64,000 nt of DNA. It comes from a virus. Lineage: Duplodnaviria; Caudoviricetes. The stretch spans positions 96,001-160,000 of the IMG/VR virus record IMGVR_UViG_642918906_000001; one strand, 5' to 3'. The notes under the pieces are model-generated. The model had not been told where the DNA came from and ran no database searches. It worked only from the letters and a program-made list of their open reading frames with translations. Made by a program: the position numbers and the translations under genes. This document shows, one piece after another, positions 56,220-64,000 of this stretch. The stretch's first letter is position 1. Each line of letters begins with the position of its first letter.

Positions 56220-57596
56220 ATGATTCCAGTATTACAACCGCTACCCATTGACTGGAGCGGTAAATCGCTACATAACCGAACTAAAGGTGAGATACATAAC
56301 CTCTCCACACAATCAGGATTACCGTATCGGATAATCGTGATGGAACGCGGTTACTTCTACACTGACGATCTGTTCATGATCGACTCACGTGGTTACATCC
56401 TTAAGTCCACTGACTACCAGTGTATCGTACCTAGTAGAGATCTTTTCAATGAGGTTAAGAAAACCGCGTGTGCTGTGATCCTTATCACGAATCCCGATGT
56501 GGGTAACATCGTCAGGGTCGACGCACAGATGGTGGGTGGACGTTATTGCTCACTTAACCCAGCGATCCTTGAAACCGCAATTAACGTCACGTTAGCCGCT
56601 AATCGGAAGATTTATTGGAAAGACATCACAGACAAACCGGATGCGTATCGACCAAATGGTCACCTCCATGCATTGTGGGAACTGTTCGGGTTTACTGAAC
56701 AAACCGGTATCCTCAAACGAATGACTACTGCGATGGATAAGATAGTGGCTAAAGAGTTTGTAGGGTTGTTCGACGAATTCATGATTGAGTGGGGTCCAAT
56801 TGAGGACGGAATGCAAGACGTGGAAAATCGTCTAACTACCCACATCAATGACACTGAGAACCCACATGAGGTAACAGCTGATCAAGCTGGATTGGGTAAC
56901 GTCGTAAATGGACCAGTGGCAACCCAAGCAGACGCACAATTCTCCAGTGACACTAACCGTGGTTCGTACACAACGCCATTGCGAACGAGTCAGTCTATTG
57001 CCGCCAACTTTACTCCAAGGTTGACTGAGCATATTAATGATCTGAATAACCCTCACGCAGATACTGCTGCAAAATTGGGTACCATGACAAACCTCGATTT
57101 TCGTTTGTTGGCTAACCAATTCTACAACCGGGGTGAAACCGTTGCCGCAACAAATAGGTTGCAAGGCCTGGCATTTGCCGATTACACCAACTACATCAGA
57201 ACCAATATCCCAGTAACTGAACTGGTATCGGGTATCTTACCGCAATCCAATTATGTTGGCGTTCCGCAGGGAGATGGATATATCCTTCAACCATCTGCGT
57301 CAGGTTACATGGTGTGGAGACCTTATGTTCAGGCCATCGAACAATGGGTGAAGAAAGGTAATAACATTCTTTACGCGGGTAACTATGGTTCTAACGATCC
57401 CGCGGGCGCACAGGCATGGTTAGGATCTGTCCTAGGTACTAATCACCCTAACGGTACGATTGCTGTTTATCGAGCCATCATGACATGGGGTATTGGTACC
57501 GGCAACGGAGCTATTTCCACAACGGTAAGCGTGACCAGTATGGCCGTGTGCCTCAACGGAGCTTGGACACTCAGTCCAGGCGTATACTCTACTTAA
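56220..57596 (+). CDS. Tail fibre paralog (phiKZ gp134-like)
   Basis: 458 aa; PIDWSG N-terminal domain; NPH/GLGNV repeats. Confidence 0.75.
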   Translation: MIPVLQPLPIDWSGKSLHNRTKGEIHNLSTQSGLPYRIIVMERGYFYTDDLFMIDSRGYILKSTDYQCIVPSRDLFNEVKKTACAVILITNPDVGNIVRVDAQMVGGRYCSLNPAILETAINVTLAANRKIYWKDITDKPDAYRPNGHLHALWELFGFTEQTGILKRMTTAMDKIVAKEFVGLFDEFMIEWGPIEDGMQDVENRLTTHINDTENPHEVTADQAGLGNVVNGPVATQADAQFSSDTNRGSYTTPLRTSQSIAANFTPRLTEHINDLNNPHADTAAKLGTMTNLDFRLLANQFYNRGETVAATNRLQGLAFADYTNYIRTNIPVTELVSGILPQSNYVGVPQGDGYILQPSASGYMVWRPYVQAIEQWVKKGNNILYAGNYGSNDPAGAQAWLGSVLGTNHPNGTIAVYRAIMTWGIGTGNGAISTTVSVTSMAVCLNGAWTLSPGVYST

Positions 57597-57606
57597 GGGA
57601 GTCAGC

Positions 57607-58914
57607 ATGACTGATATCACAATCTTACCATTCGACCTGACTGGTACGTTGGCTTCTAACCTGCGAGTGAGTGAGGAACATACCCTCACCCTCGTTACAG
57701 GTCGAACCAATAGAATGTTTGCACCAAAGTTCGGTGCTTACTACAAAGAATCCCTGGAAGTCCGAACAAGTGCAGGTGTTAAACTAAATTACGACACTGA
57801 TTATGTCTGCACCTATTACTACGCTGACATCTGGGATCTTAACGCCAAAGAATGTTGCGCGATCATTGTAGTGACCAACCCATTGGTGGGCAACGACATC
57901 AAGATCACATACCAGGCTGTAGGTGGACCATACGCACTAAGTTTGGATGAGCTTAAAGATATCCTGACTGAAGTCGACAACTCACCTGAATCCATCGCCT
58001 GGGATGATATCCGTAATAAACCGTTGCAATTCCCTCCAGCTTTACACTACCACGAATACTGGCAGTTGTATGGACTTGAGTCCACAGTCGAAAACCTTGA
58101 GTTACTCGGTGAAGCATGGGCAGTTGGTCGCAAAGGCGTCCTTGATGATAACCGTTACTATTACGAAGGATACATCGACCTAGCGCAGAAAGCTTTGGAC
58201 GATTACCGAGTCAAGGTAATGGCACATATCACTGATCGATCTAACCCACACTTGACTGATAAAAATAAAGTAGGTCTTGGGTTGATTAATAACTGGGGTA
58301 TGGCTGACGCCACTGAATCAGCCACCATCACGGTCAATAACAAGTACCAGCCGATTGGCGGTGTTTACGATCAGCTGACGAACCATGTATTTCCGGTATT
58401 GGATCTACACGTGCGTGATACTAACAACCCCCACCGAGTACAGTTGACTGACCCATTGTTGAACTTGTATAGTACGGCACAGATCCAGCAACTGATAAAT
58501 CTTAGATTGGCCCGAACTGAGACAGCGTTTGACTCAGCTGCCTTCCAAGCTATCCCGTTGGCTCAGCTCTATGCCAACTTCAGGACTGGATTACCAGCTG
58601 AAAGCGTACTGGCTAACTCGGTACTACCGCAGGCTTTGATTGCCCCTGCTGTACCGGGCTGGAATCCCGATGATTACGTCTTGAATGGCGCAAACCAATT
58701 TCTACCATACTCGGTACTGATGCAAGCTTACAATGACACCCAAGGTAGTGTTTACTACATCGGCGCCACGCCGTTAGCTTCGTGGGCTCATTTGAGTACA
58801 GGTACATACGTAATAACCGGCACATACGTCTCATTTAACAGTTGGCGAACAATGCCCCAACTTTCAGTATATTTAAAAACCGGGCCCGGCAACAGTTGGG
58901 CTCAAGCAGCCTAA
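57607..58914 (+). CDS. Tail fibre paralog (phiKZ gp135-like)
   Basis: 435 aa; PFDLTG N-terminal domain; NPH repeats. Confidence 0.75.
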   Translation: MTDITILPFDLTGTLASNLRVSEEHTLTLVTGRTNRMFAPKFGAYYKESLEVRTSAGVKLNYDTDYVCTYYYADIWDLNAKECCAIIVVTNPLVGNDIKITYQAVGGPYALSLDELKDILTEVDNSPESIAWDDIRNKPLQFPPALHYHEYWQLYGLESTVENLELLGEAWAVGRKGVLDDNRYYYEGYIDLAQKALDDYRVKVMAHITDRSNPHLTDKNKVGLGLINNWGMADATESATITVNNKYQPIGGVYDQLTNHVFPVLDLHVRDTNNPHRVQLTDPLLNLYSTAQIQQLINLRLARTETAFDSAAFQAIPLAQLYANFRTGLPAESVLANSVLPQALIAPAVPGWNPDDYVLNGANQFLPYSVLMQAYNDTQGSVYYIGATPLASWAHLSTGTYVITGTYVSFNSWRTMPQLSVYLKTGPGNSWAQAA

Positions 58915-58926
58915 GGTGAAACAAAC

Positions 58927-59532
58927 ATGACTGAAGAAACCGTAGTTGAACGCGAGTACCCTAACCGCGTTCCAGCAACAGCACTATTCAACCGACTCAA
59001 TGGCGAACTGGTGTCTGTGGTCAGCGTTGCTATCGAAGAAGCCCAGTACAACGAAAGCTATTACATTGCCCGGTCGGTAATGTACGACTTCGGTGCGAAT
59101 GGGGACAAGATTGAAGGCAAGATCAACATTAGCGCCAATGGCGTAGTAACCGATGACTTTAAGGTATTGGCTGCCGATGAGCAGACCATTACCATTTACG
59201 AATCACAAATGAACGCTCTCGCCGCTGAGAAGATCACCAGTAAGTTTCCTCTGACCAAGCAAATCAACTTGCTGGCCAATGCAGTTAATAAGTTGGCAGC
59301 TGAGCATGACCTGCTTAAATCCCCCGAGTTTGAAGCCTTGAACGAGATGGTTGAGTTTATCAACTATTGCGTGCAAGTTAACCAGACCAAGAAAGAGCAC
59401 TACGCCAATGACCCAACTGTTAACTACATCAGTGATAAAGCCGCCGCCGATGCGCTGTCTCGACGGATGGAAGGCGGTGTCCATGAAGAAATTGGAGCAA
59501 AAACTATTACCGGTGGTCGCGTTTGGTCCTGA
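58927..59532 (+). CDS. Putative tail-fibre assembly chaperone
   Basis: 201 aa directly after the fibre genes; function inferred from position. Confidence 0.45.
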   Translation: MTEETVVEREYPNRVPATALFNRLNGELVSVVSVAIEEAQYNESYYIARSVMYDFGANGDKIEGKINISANGVVTDDFKVLAADEQTITIYESQMNALAAEKITSKFPLTKQINLLANAVNKLAAEHDLLKSPEFEALNEMVEFINYCVQVNQTKKEHYANDPTVNYISDKAAADALSRRMEGGVHEEIGAKTITGGRVWS

Positions 59533-59965
59533 TGACGCAAAGCAGATCATCGAATACGTTGAGACACTCGATCCAAGTTACTGGTTCCATCGCCTTAAGA
59601 TTAATAGCATCCCGACTAAGGGTACTAATAAAGCCAACTATTGGTTTATGGGTGATGGCCAGATGCCAAAAGCGTTGAAAGAATATCTCAATGAACTGGC
59701 TCCAACTATCGATGGCTTTAAACCAGCCGAGATCTGCTTAAATCGGTACGAGGTGGGAAATGGGATGCCTGAACATATTGACCAGGCATTCTATCGTTAC
59801 AACATGGTTATTCCTTTGAGTAATCATGGTGATGGTCTGTTCGTCGAAGATGAATGGTATGTAGATCGACCGGGCTCTGGTTTGATCATGCCCATCAAAT
59901 CCCCACCACATCATGTTCCAGATGTAAAGCATCGGCGATACACTCTCATCTATCTTTACGACTAG
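59483..59965 (+). CDS. 2OG-Fe(II) oxygenase, prolyl-hydroxylase-like
   Basis: RYEVGNGMPEHID ... HHVPDV..RRYTL gives Y..G...HxD...H...RxT; start uncertain. Confidence 0.8.
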   Translation: MKKLEQKLLPVVAFGPDDAKQIIEYVETLDPSYWFHRLKINSIPTKGTNKANYWFMGDGQMPKALKEYLNELAPTIDGFKPAEICLNRYEVGNGMPEHIDQAFYRYNMVIPLSNHGDGLFVEDEWYVDRPGSGLIMPIKSPPHHVPDVKHRRYTLIYLYD

Positions 59966-59973
59966 GTAATGCC

Positions 59974-60462
59974 ATGTACAAATATTTTGAACCACTAACT
60001 GAATCTGAAGTTGGTGAACTTATTCAACTTTCGAAAGAAGTTAAGTTTACTAAAGCTGAGGGTTATCGTCGTCGGCGTGGTGCCAATGCACCTCAGGTCA
60101 ACAGCGTCTACAATTTCTCCCGTTGGTTTGACTGGCACTCCAGTCAACGTAAACAGTATAAGACTTATTTCCCAACCACAGTCAGGGAAAAGATTGTACA
60201 AGGCTGGTTCCTTGAACTACCACCACATATCGGATTCCTTGATCTGATGGACTACTGGGTAGGAAAACCACAATCGGGTCGGGTCATCGCAACCGCGTTG
60301 AAAGACCAGTCCATCTGGTTGGATGGAAAAGAACAACGATTAAGTGCCGGTGAACAGATCGGCTTTAGCTTAGAATTATTGCATGAAATCAAAACCTGCC
60401 GTGAGGGTGGTCTCTGGGCATGTGTCATGTTCATGGGCTGCTATACGAAGCATGAAGATTAG
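59974..60462 (+). CDS. Degenerate 2OG-Fe(II) oxygenase-fold protein
   Basis: 162 aa; GFLDLMD where HxD is expected; LLHEIK distal His; strand pattern like the upstream gene. Confidence 0.45.
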   Translation: MYKYFEPLTESEVGELIQLSKEVKFTKAEGYRRRRGANAPQVNSVYNFSRWFDWHSSQRKQYKTYFPTTVREKIVQGWFLELPPHIGFLDLMDYWVGKPQSGRVIATALKDQSIWLDGKEQRLSAGEQIGFSLELLHEIKTCREGGLWACVMFMGCYTKHED

Positions 60463-60500
60463 TGCCCAATCCTACAATGACATTACCCTGAGGATTTACC

Positions 60501-61397
60501 ATGGCCACCACAATTGCTAACCCTATTGACCAACAGTTAATTAACGTAACTCGTACCTGCTATTCCGCATACCTTCAAACTTCCAAGTATCTTGGCCTGA
60601 GTCCTTTTCGGATCATTCCGCACACGACCCTGAACGAGAAGTTTAATATCCAATCGGGTATTGCTCCAGCCGTTGGCGAAATGCCTAACGTGCGTTACCT
60701 CGTAATCGGTAACATGGGTCATTACACTGTTAAAGGGCCAGATGGTTCCGATGAAACCACGAACTACATTCACCGTGCAAACGATGCGGCACTGTATAAT
60801 CAGATCCCATTCGTAATGCGTGAAGTAGGTGATGATATCCCAGCTGATCGCCGTGACCAGTATTGCTTACGCACAACTGAGAACGTCGGTGGTAAGAACT
60901 ACATCGTTTATTATGGTCGTCGCCTGAACATGACTGGTATTCAGCCACAACTGCTGGAACTGACTGTAATCAACGGTATCATCACCGCCACACCATACAC
61001 CCCAACTGTCGACGATCTTAACCCGGTTCCACCAGTTATCTCTAACTCTGGTACGGTGATTGGTTCTAATAAAACTGTCTCGGCTAGTGCGATCGTTAAA
61101 GTTTCGCTAAGCGCAGAAGAAATTCGCGACATTACCAATGCCTATCGTATTCGTACTGGTTCCACCCGATCTCCAACTATTTCTGAGATGGGTCTGTGCT
61201 CAGGTGTAGACCGTCGAGTTACAGCAGCCGGCTCTAACTTCCAATACAACGAAGTTATTGCTTGTCAGATCAACGTCTTCATTGCAACCAACCATCCAAT
61301 CGGCTACAACTCTAGTGGTCTCGACCTCACCTTCGATATCGGTGGTGTTGAACCAATGTTGGGTTCGAACGCAGTGCAGCAAGCAACCTTCCGTTAA
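60501..61397 (+). CDS. Virion baseplate protein (phiKZ gp139-like)
   Basis: 298 aa; [24 protein letters not shown] segments; SD GAGGA. Confidence 0.65.
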   Translation: MATTIANPIDQQLINVTRTCYSAYLQTSKYLGLSPFRIIPHTTLNEKFNIQSGIAPAVGEMPNVRYLVIGNMGHYTVKGPDGSDETTNYIHRANDAALYNQIPFVMREVGDDIPADRRDQYCLRTTENVGGKNYIVYYGRRLNMTGIQPQLLELTVINGIITATPYTPTVDDLNPVPPVISNSGTVIGSNKTVSASAIVKVSLSAEEIRDITNAYRIRTGSTRSPTISEMGLCSGVDRRVTAAGSNFQYNEVIACQINVFIATNHPIGYNSSGLDLTFDIGGVEPMLGSNAVQQATFR

Positions 61398-61406
61398 GGA
61401 TTGACT

Positions 61407-61970
61407 ATGTTAGTGATGCCTAAAAGCAACGAGCCTTTTAGAATCGCTGGATTTGACCCAGGTGCAAACTTGGGTCTGACTTACCTTGAAGATGCACTGG
61501 ATGGGTCTAACCCTATCGTTCGACGCGTAGAGACAGAGAAGCTGAATCCAGCTGAATATGGCTATAAAGAAATCGCTGAAGTACATGGTAACCGTGTAGT
61601 ACGTCTAATGATCATGTACGACCGCGTGACACAGTTCCTGAGAGAAGTTAAACCGCATGGCGTAGTAGTTGAGGGTAACTACCTCGGACGCTTTGCAAAC
61701 GCGTTTGGATCGCTTGTAGAGTGTGTGCAAGTAATCCGTAGTGCAGTCTATGCCTACGACCCTTTCATGACTTTACACCTCGTCGATCCAACCACAGTCA
61801 AGACTAACATCGGTATGGTCAAGATTCGTGGTACAGACAAAGAAGATGTAAGAAAAGCATTATCTAATTTAAAGTCCCTGGATTGGGATGGTATTAACAT
61901 TGACGATTTGGATGAACACTCCATCGACTCTGTAGCTATTGCCTATTACTACGCTTCGGTTCTACTTTGA
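61407..61970 (+). CDS. ruvC: RuvC-like Holliday junction resolvase
   Basis: IAGFDPG, VVVE, PTTVK and DEHSIDSVAIA catalytic motifs. Confidence 0.88.
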   Translation: MLVMPKSNEPFRIAGFDPGANLGLTYLEDALDGSNPIVRRVETEKLNPAEYGYKEIAEVHGNRVVRLMIMYDRVTQFLREVKPHGVVVEGNYLGRFANAFGSLVECVQVIRSAVYAYDPFMTLHLVDPTTVKTNIGMVKIRGTDKEDVRKALSNLKSLDWDGINIDDLDEHSIDSVAIAYYYASVLL

Positions 61971-61982
61971 TTGAGAGGTACC

Positions 61983-62441
61983 ATGTATACATTCATAAAA
62001 GGACTTGGAACCAAATCCATAGTCACCGCAGTATGTGTAATCATCTTGGTTCTCGCTGGAAGTGTACGGTTTCTTTATAATGCTAATAATAGCAAACTTA
62101 CTGAAAACGCTACACTTAAAGCAGACAACGTGGTTATGCAACAAAACGAAGTCTTCACAGAAAAATCAGCTGTTATCACAGACCAGACGGTCACGAAAAT
62201 GGTTGATGATTCAGTGAAGGCTAAAACAGCCACAGAAAAGCTACGTAAAGAGAGTCAGCATGAATATGCCAAGAAAGTCGTACCTGCGGCTTCAGAAGGC
62301 GTTTCGGCAAATAGTGACCCTAATGGGGATGAGCGTGCTGGCATTGTCGCTGGCGGCCTGCTCAAAAACTATTGCCGTATCCGCCCAGAAGACCCCGACT
62401 GCCGTGCCCTCGGTTCTGCTGTTGGATTGCCTGATCGATAA
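61983..62441 (+). CDS. i-spanin (Rz-like)
   Basis: N-terminal TM helix, coiled coil, C-terminal Cys pair; overlaps a lipoprotein gene. Confidence 0.7.
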   Translation: MYTFIKGLGTKSIVTAVCVIILVLAGSVRFLYNANNSKLTENATLKADNVVMQQNEVFTEKSAVITDQTVTKMVDDSVKAKTATEKLRKESQHEYAKKVVPAASEGVSANSDPNGDERAGIVAGGLLKNYCRIRPEDPDCRALGSAVGLPDR

Positions 62442-62649
62442 ACCACCAGCAACTTTTGATGCAGTCGTCATGCGACAGCTGTATCCAGATGTTAAGGATG
62501 TTTGGGAAGCCCGGTTCTTGCTTATGTCAGATGCTTATCTATCGCAGACTTCTAACCTAGAGCAATGTGATCTTTCTAAGAAAGCGATACGTAGCTGGAA
62601 CGCACAGCACCTGGAGCTTAACCATGACACTCGAAGAACTACTCAGTGA
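62260..62649 (+). CDS. o-spanin (Rz1-like lipoprotein)
   Basis: LSLAAC lipobox; P..LLLDC...PP and late Cys; overlapped architecture; start uncertain. Confidence 0.72.
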   Translation: MNMPRKSYLRLQKAFRQIVTLMGMSVLALSLAACSKTIAVSAQKTPTAVPSVLLLDCLIDKPPATFDAVVMRQLYPDVKDVWEARFLLMSDAYLSQTSNLEQCDLSKKAIRSWNAQHLELNHDTRRTTQ

Positions 62650-63037
62650 TCTTGGTACCGACCCCCTTAGCAATAAGGTTAACGGTGCCCCACTGAGAGC
62701 CAGCATCAACGCCGTATTTAAGAAGCTCGGTATACCGGCCATCGATCAGACGACTTCCAGTGAAGTTATTCTTGAAGCCATTTATGGTTTAGAAGATGAA
62801 ACTGTTAAAGCAACTCTTTTGGGTAAGCGTGTTAGTGAAGCTAAAGGGGTCCTTACTTTAAAGCGGATACTAATGGTAACAGCGATCATTGGAACTATTA
62901 TTGCAATCTCCGTGTTTACACATGTAGTACGTGGTGATCATCCACTGACGGCTGAGGAGATTGACCTTGTTAAAAGTATCGGCGGGGGAGCATTTGACCT
63001 TGTAAAAGAGATCTACATTAAACCTGATGCACAATAA
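62624..63037 (+). CDS. Membrane protein, candidate holin or antiholin
   Basis: 137 aa; SD GGAG; TM segment ILMVTAIIGTIIAISVF; lies between spanins and endolysin. Confidence 0.45.
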   Translation: MTLEELLSDLGTDPLSNKVNGAPLRASINAVFKKLGIPAIDQTTSSEVILEAIYGLEDETVKATLLGKRVSEAKGVLTLKRILMVTAIIGTIIAISVFTHVVRGDHPLTAEEIDLVKSIGGGAFDLVKEIYIKPDAQ

Positions 63038-63042
63038 AAATA

Positions 63043-63082
63043 ACATAAAGCCACCCCTAACATGGGGTGGCTTTTATTATGC
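63043..63082. terminator. Terminator hairpin
   Basis: ACATAAAGCCACCCC-TAACAT-GGGGTGGCTTTTATTATGC. Confidence 0.85.
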
Positions 63083-63130
63083 TATGTAGTCAAAGTAATT
63101 TTTTACATTAGTAACCGTAGAGGACTTCAC

Positions 63131-63682
63131 ATGAGTGATCGTTTTCCCTACAACCTCCCATCGCGTGAGGCGCTTGTAGAACTGGTCCGCCGTTCTGAGA
63201 ATCGACCTGATCTGCGTGACAACTTTGTCACCTTTGAAGATCTGTTTTTCTCACCGACGCTAGTGGAACCCGGTAGAACTTATATTGAAATGGTCGACCT
63301 CATTACGAGTCATAAAGACTGGTTTGAGTTTCGACGTTTGGATCTTGCGGATAATCGGTGTCTTGGTCCAACGATTAATATTATCGTTCAAGGTAATGCC
63401 ACTCCAGCCAATATTGCGCTGGAAATCAACCGTTCACGTAAAATGTCTTTTGGTGAGAGCGACGTTTCGTTCTCCGACGAAGTGATCGCATATACAGGCG
63501 ATTCGTTTGATTACGATTTTACTGCTCTTTCTGGTAGCTACGCTTACTATGGTACAACCAAGGTTAAAGTTACAGTTGTCCCAACATCTCAATGGACACG
63601 CTACACCGAGAGTGATCTGATTCGTTATACTGAAGTTGGTGTTGAACGTGAACTCGAACACAAAGTAAGTAATTGGAGTTAA
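63131..63682 (+). CDS. Probable virion structural protein, gp126/127-family paralog with C-terminal RYxE repeat
   Basis: 183 aa; SD GAGGA; FRRLDL and GSYAYYG motifs; tail RYTESDLIRYTEVGVERELE. Confidence 0.65.
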   Translation: MSDRFPYNLPSREALVELVRRSENRPDLRDNFVTFEDLFFSPTLVEPGRTYIEMVDLITSHKDWFEFRRLDLADNRCLGPTINIIVQGNATPANIALEINRSRKMSFGESDVSFSDEVIAYTGDSFDYDFTALSGSYAYYGTTKVKVTVVPTSQWTRYTESDLIRYTEVGVERELEHKVSNWS

Positions 63683-63687
63683 TTTTA

Positions 63688-64000
63688 ATGATCCTTAAAA
63701 ACGGCTCAAAAGGCGATGACGTTATTCGTCTACAACGTAAACTGATTGGCCTTGGTTATTCCGTTAAAGATGACGGCGTCTTCGGGGACAATACTGAGAA
63801 AGCTGTAAAAGCTGTCCAACTCAGGTTCAATCTAAAGGATGATGGTATCGTAGGGAATAACACATGGGCTGTATTGGATACTCCTACTACAACTCGTCCG
63901 GCACTAACAGATAAAGATTATCAATGGGCTGCCGATTATCTCCAAGTTGATCTACCCGCAGTTAAAGCTGTAAAAGAAGTAGAGGCACCGGCAGGTGGAT
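63688..64000 (+). CDS. Modular endolysin, 3'-truncated (PG-binding domain plus start of muramidase domain)
   Basis: MILKNGSKGDDVIRLQRKL...DGVFG..TEKAVKAVQ...L..DGIVG..TW is a PG_binding_1 pattern; then AVKEVE; SD GGAG. Confidence 0.9.
   Translation, partial: MILKNGSKGDDVIRLQRKLIGLGYSVKDDGVFGDNTEKAVKAVQLRFNLKDDGIVGNNTWAVLDTPTTTRPALTDKDYQWAADYLQVDLPAVKAVKEVEAPAGG

Noticed and set aside
56208-56222. TGA GGT AAT AAA ATG puts two fibre genes in frame (possible readthrough fusion)
   Set aside because: One-in-three chance; GAGGT is simply the next gene's SD, and there is no supporting motif as there is for the capsid case.
12119-63087. Individual TATG late promoters upstream of structural genes
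   Set aside because: A 4-nt motif is too frequent to call without transcription start data.
1-64000. tRNA, rRNA, introns, inteins, transposases, genome-wide stop-codon reassignment
   Set aside because: No cloverleaf or splicing motifs seen by eye; DnaB and the RNAP subunit are normal length; genes are intact under the standard code. tRNAscan and Infernal were not run.

Overview
A gene-dense segment of a phiKZ-like Pseudomonas jumbo phage. The endolysin start at 63688 reads like my recollection of phage 201phi2-1 gp229; this is unverified and needs BLAST. All phiKZ gp-number comparisons below come from recalled synteny, not from searches. The order is: inner-head/ejection protein cluster (1-12 kb), neck/tail/baseplate genes (13-18 kb), an early accessory region of small ORFs including a DarG-type macrodomain, a minimal nucleotidyltransferase and a 2OG-Fe(II) oxygenase (18.6-29 kb), DnaB, the major capsid protein, a non-virion RNAP beta-like subunit, a second early operon (42-44.5 kb), baseplate and portal, a tail-fibre paralog array followed by two oxygenase-fold genes, RuvC, spanins, a candidate holin and the truncated endolysin. 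Main novel candidates: (1) an in-frame 28-codon extension after the UGA stop of the major capsid protein that matches the C-terminal motif of another structural protein, suggesting stop-codon readthrough; (2) two prohead-protease-fold paralogs, one probably dead and one keeping His/Ser/Asp, in an early operon; (3) a pseudoknot or switch upstream of the largest inner-head gene; (4) a conserved TTTATG/CATAAAG element beside most terminator hairpins. I saw no tRNA, rRNA, CRISPR array or mobile element.
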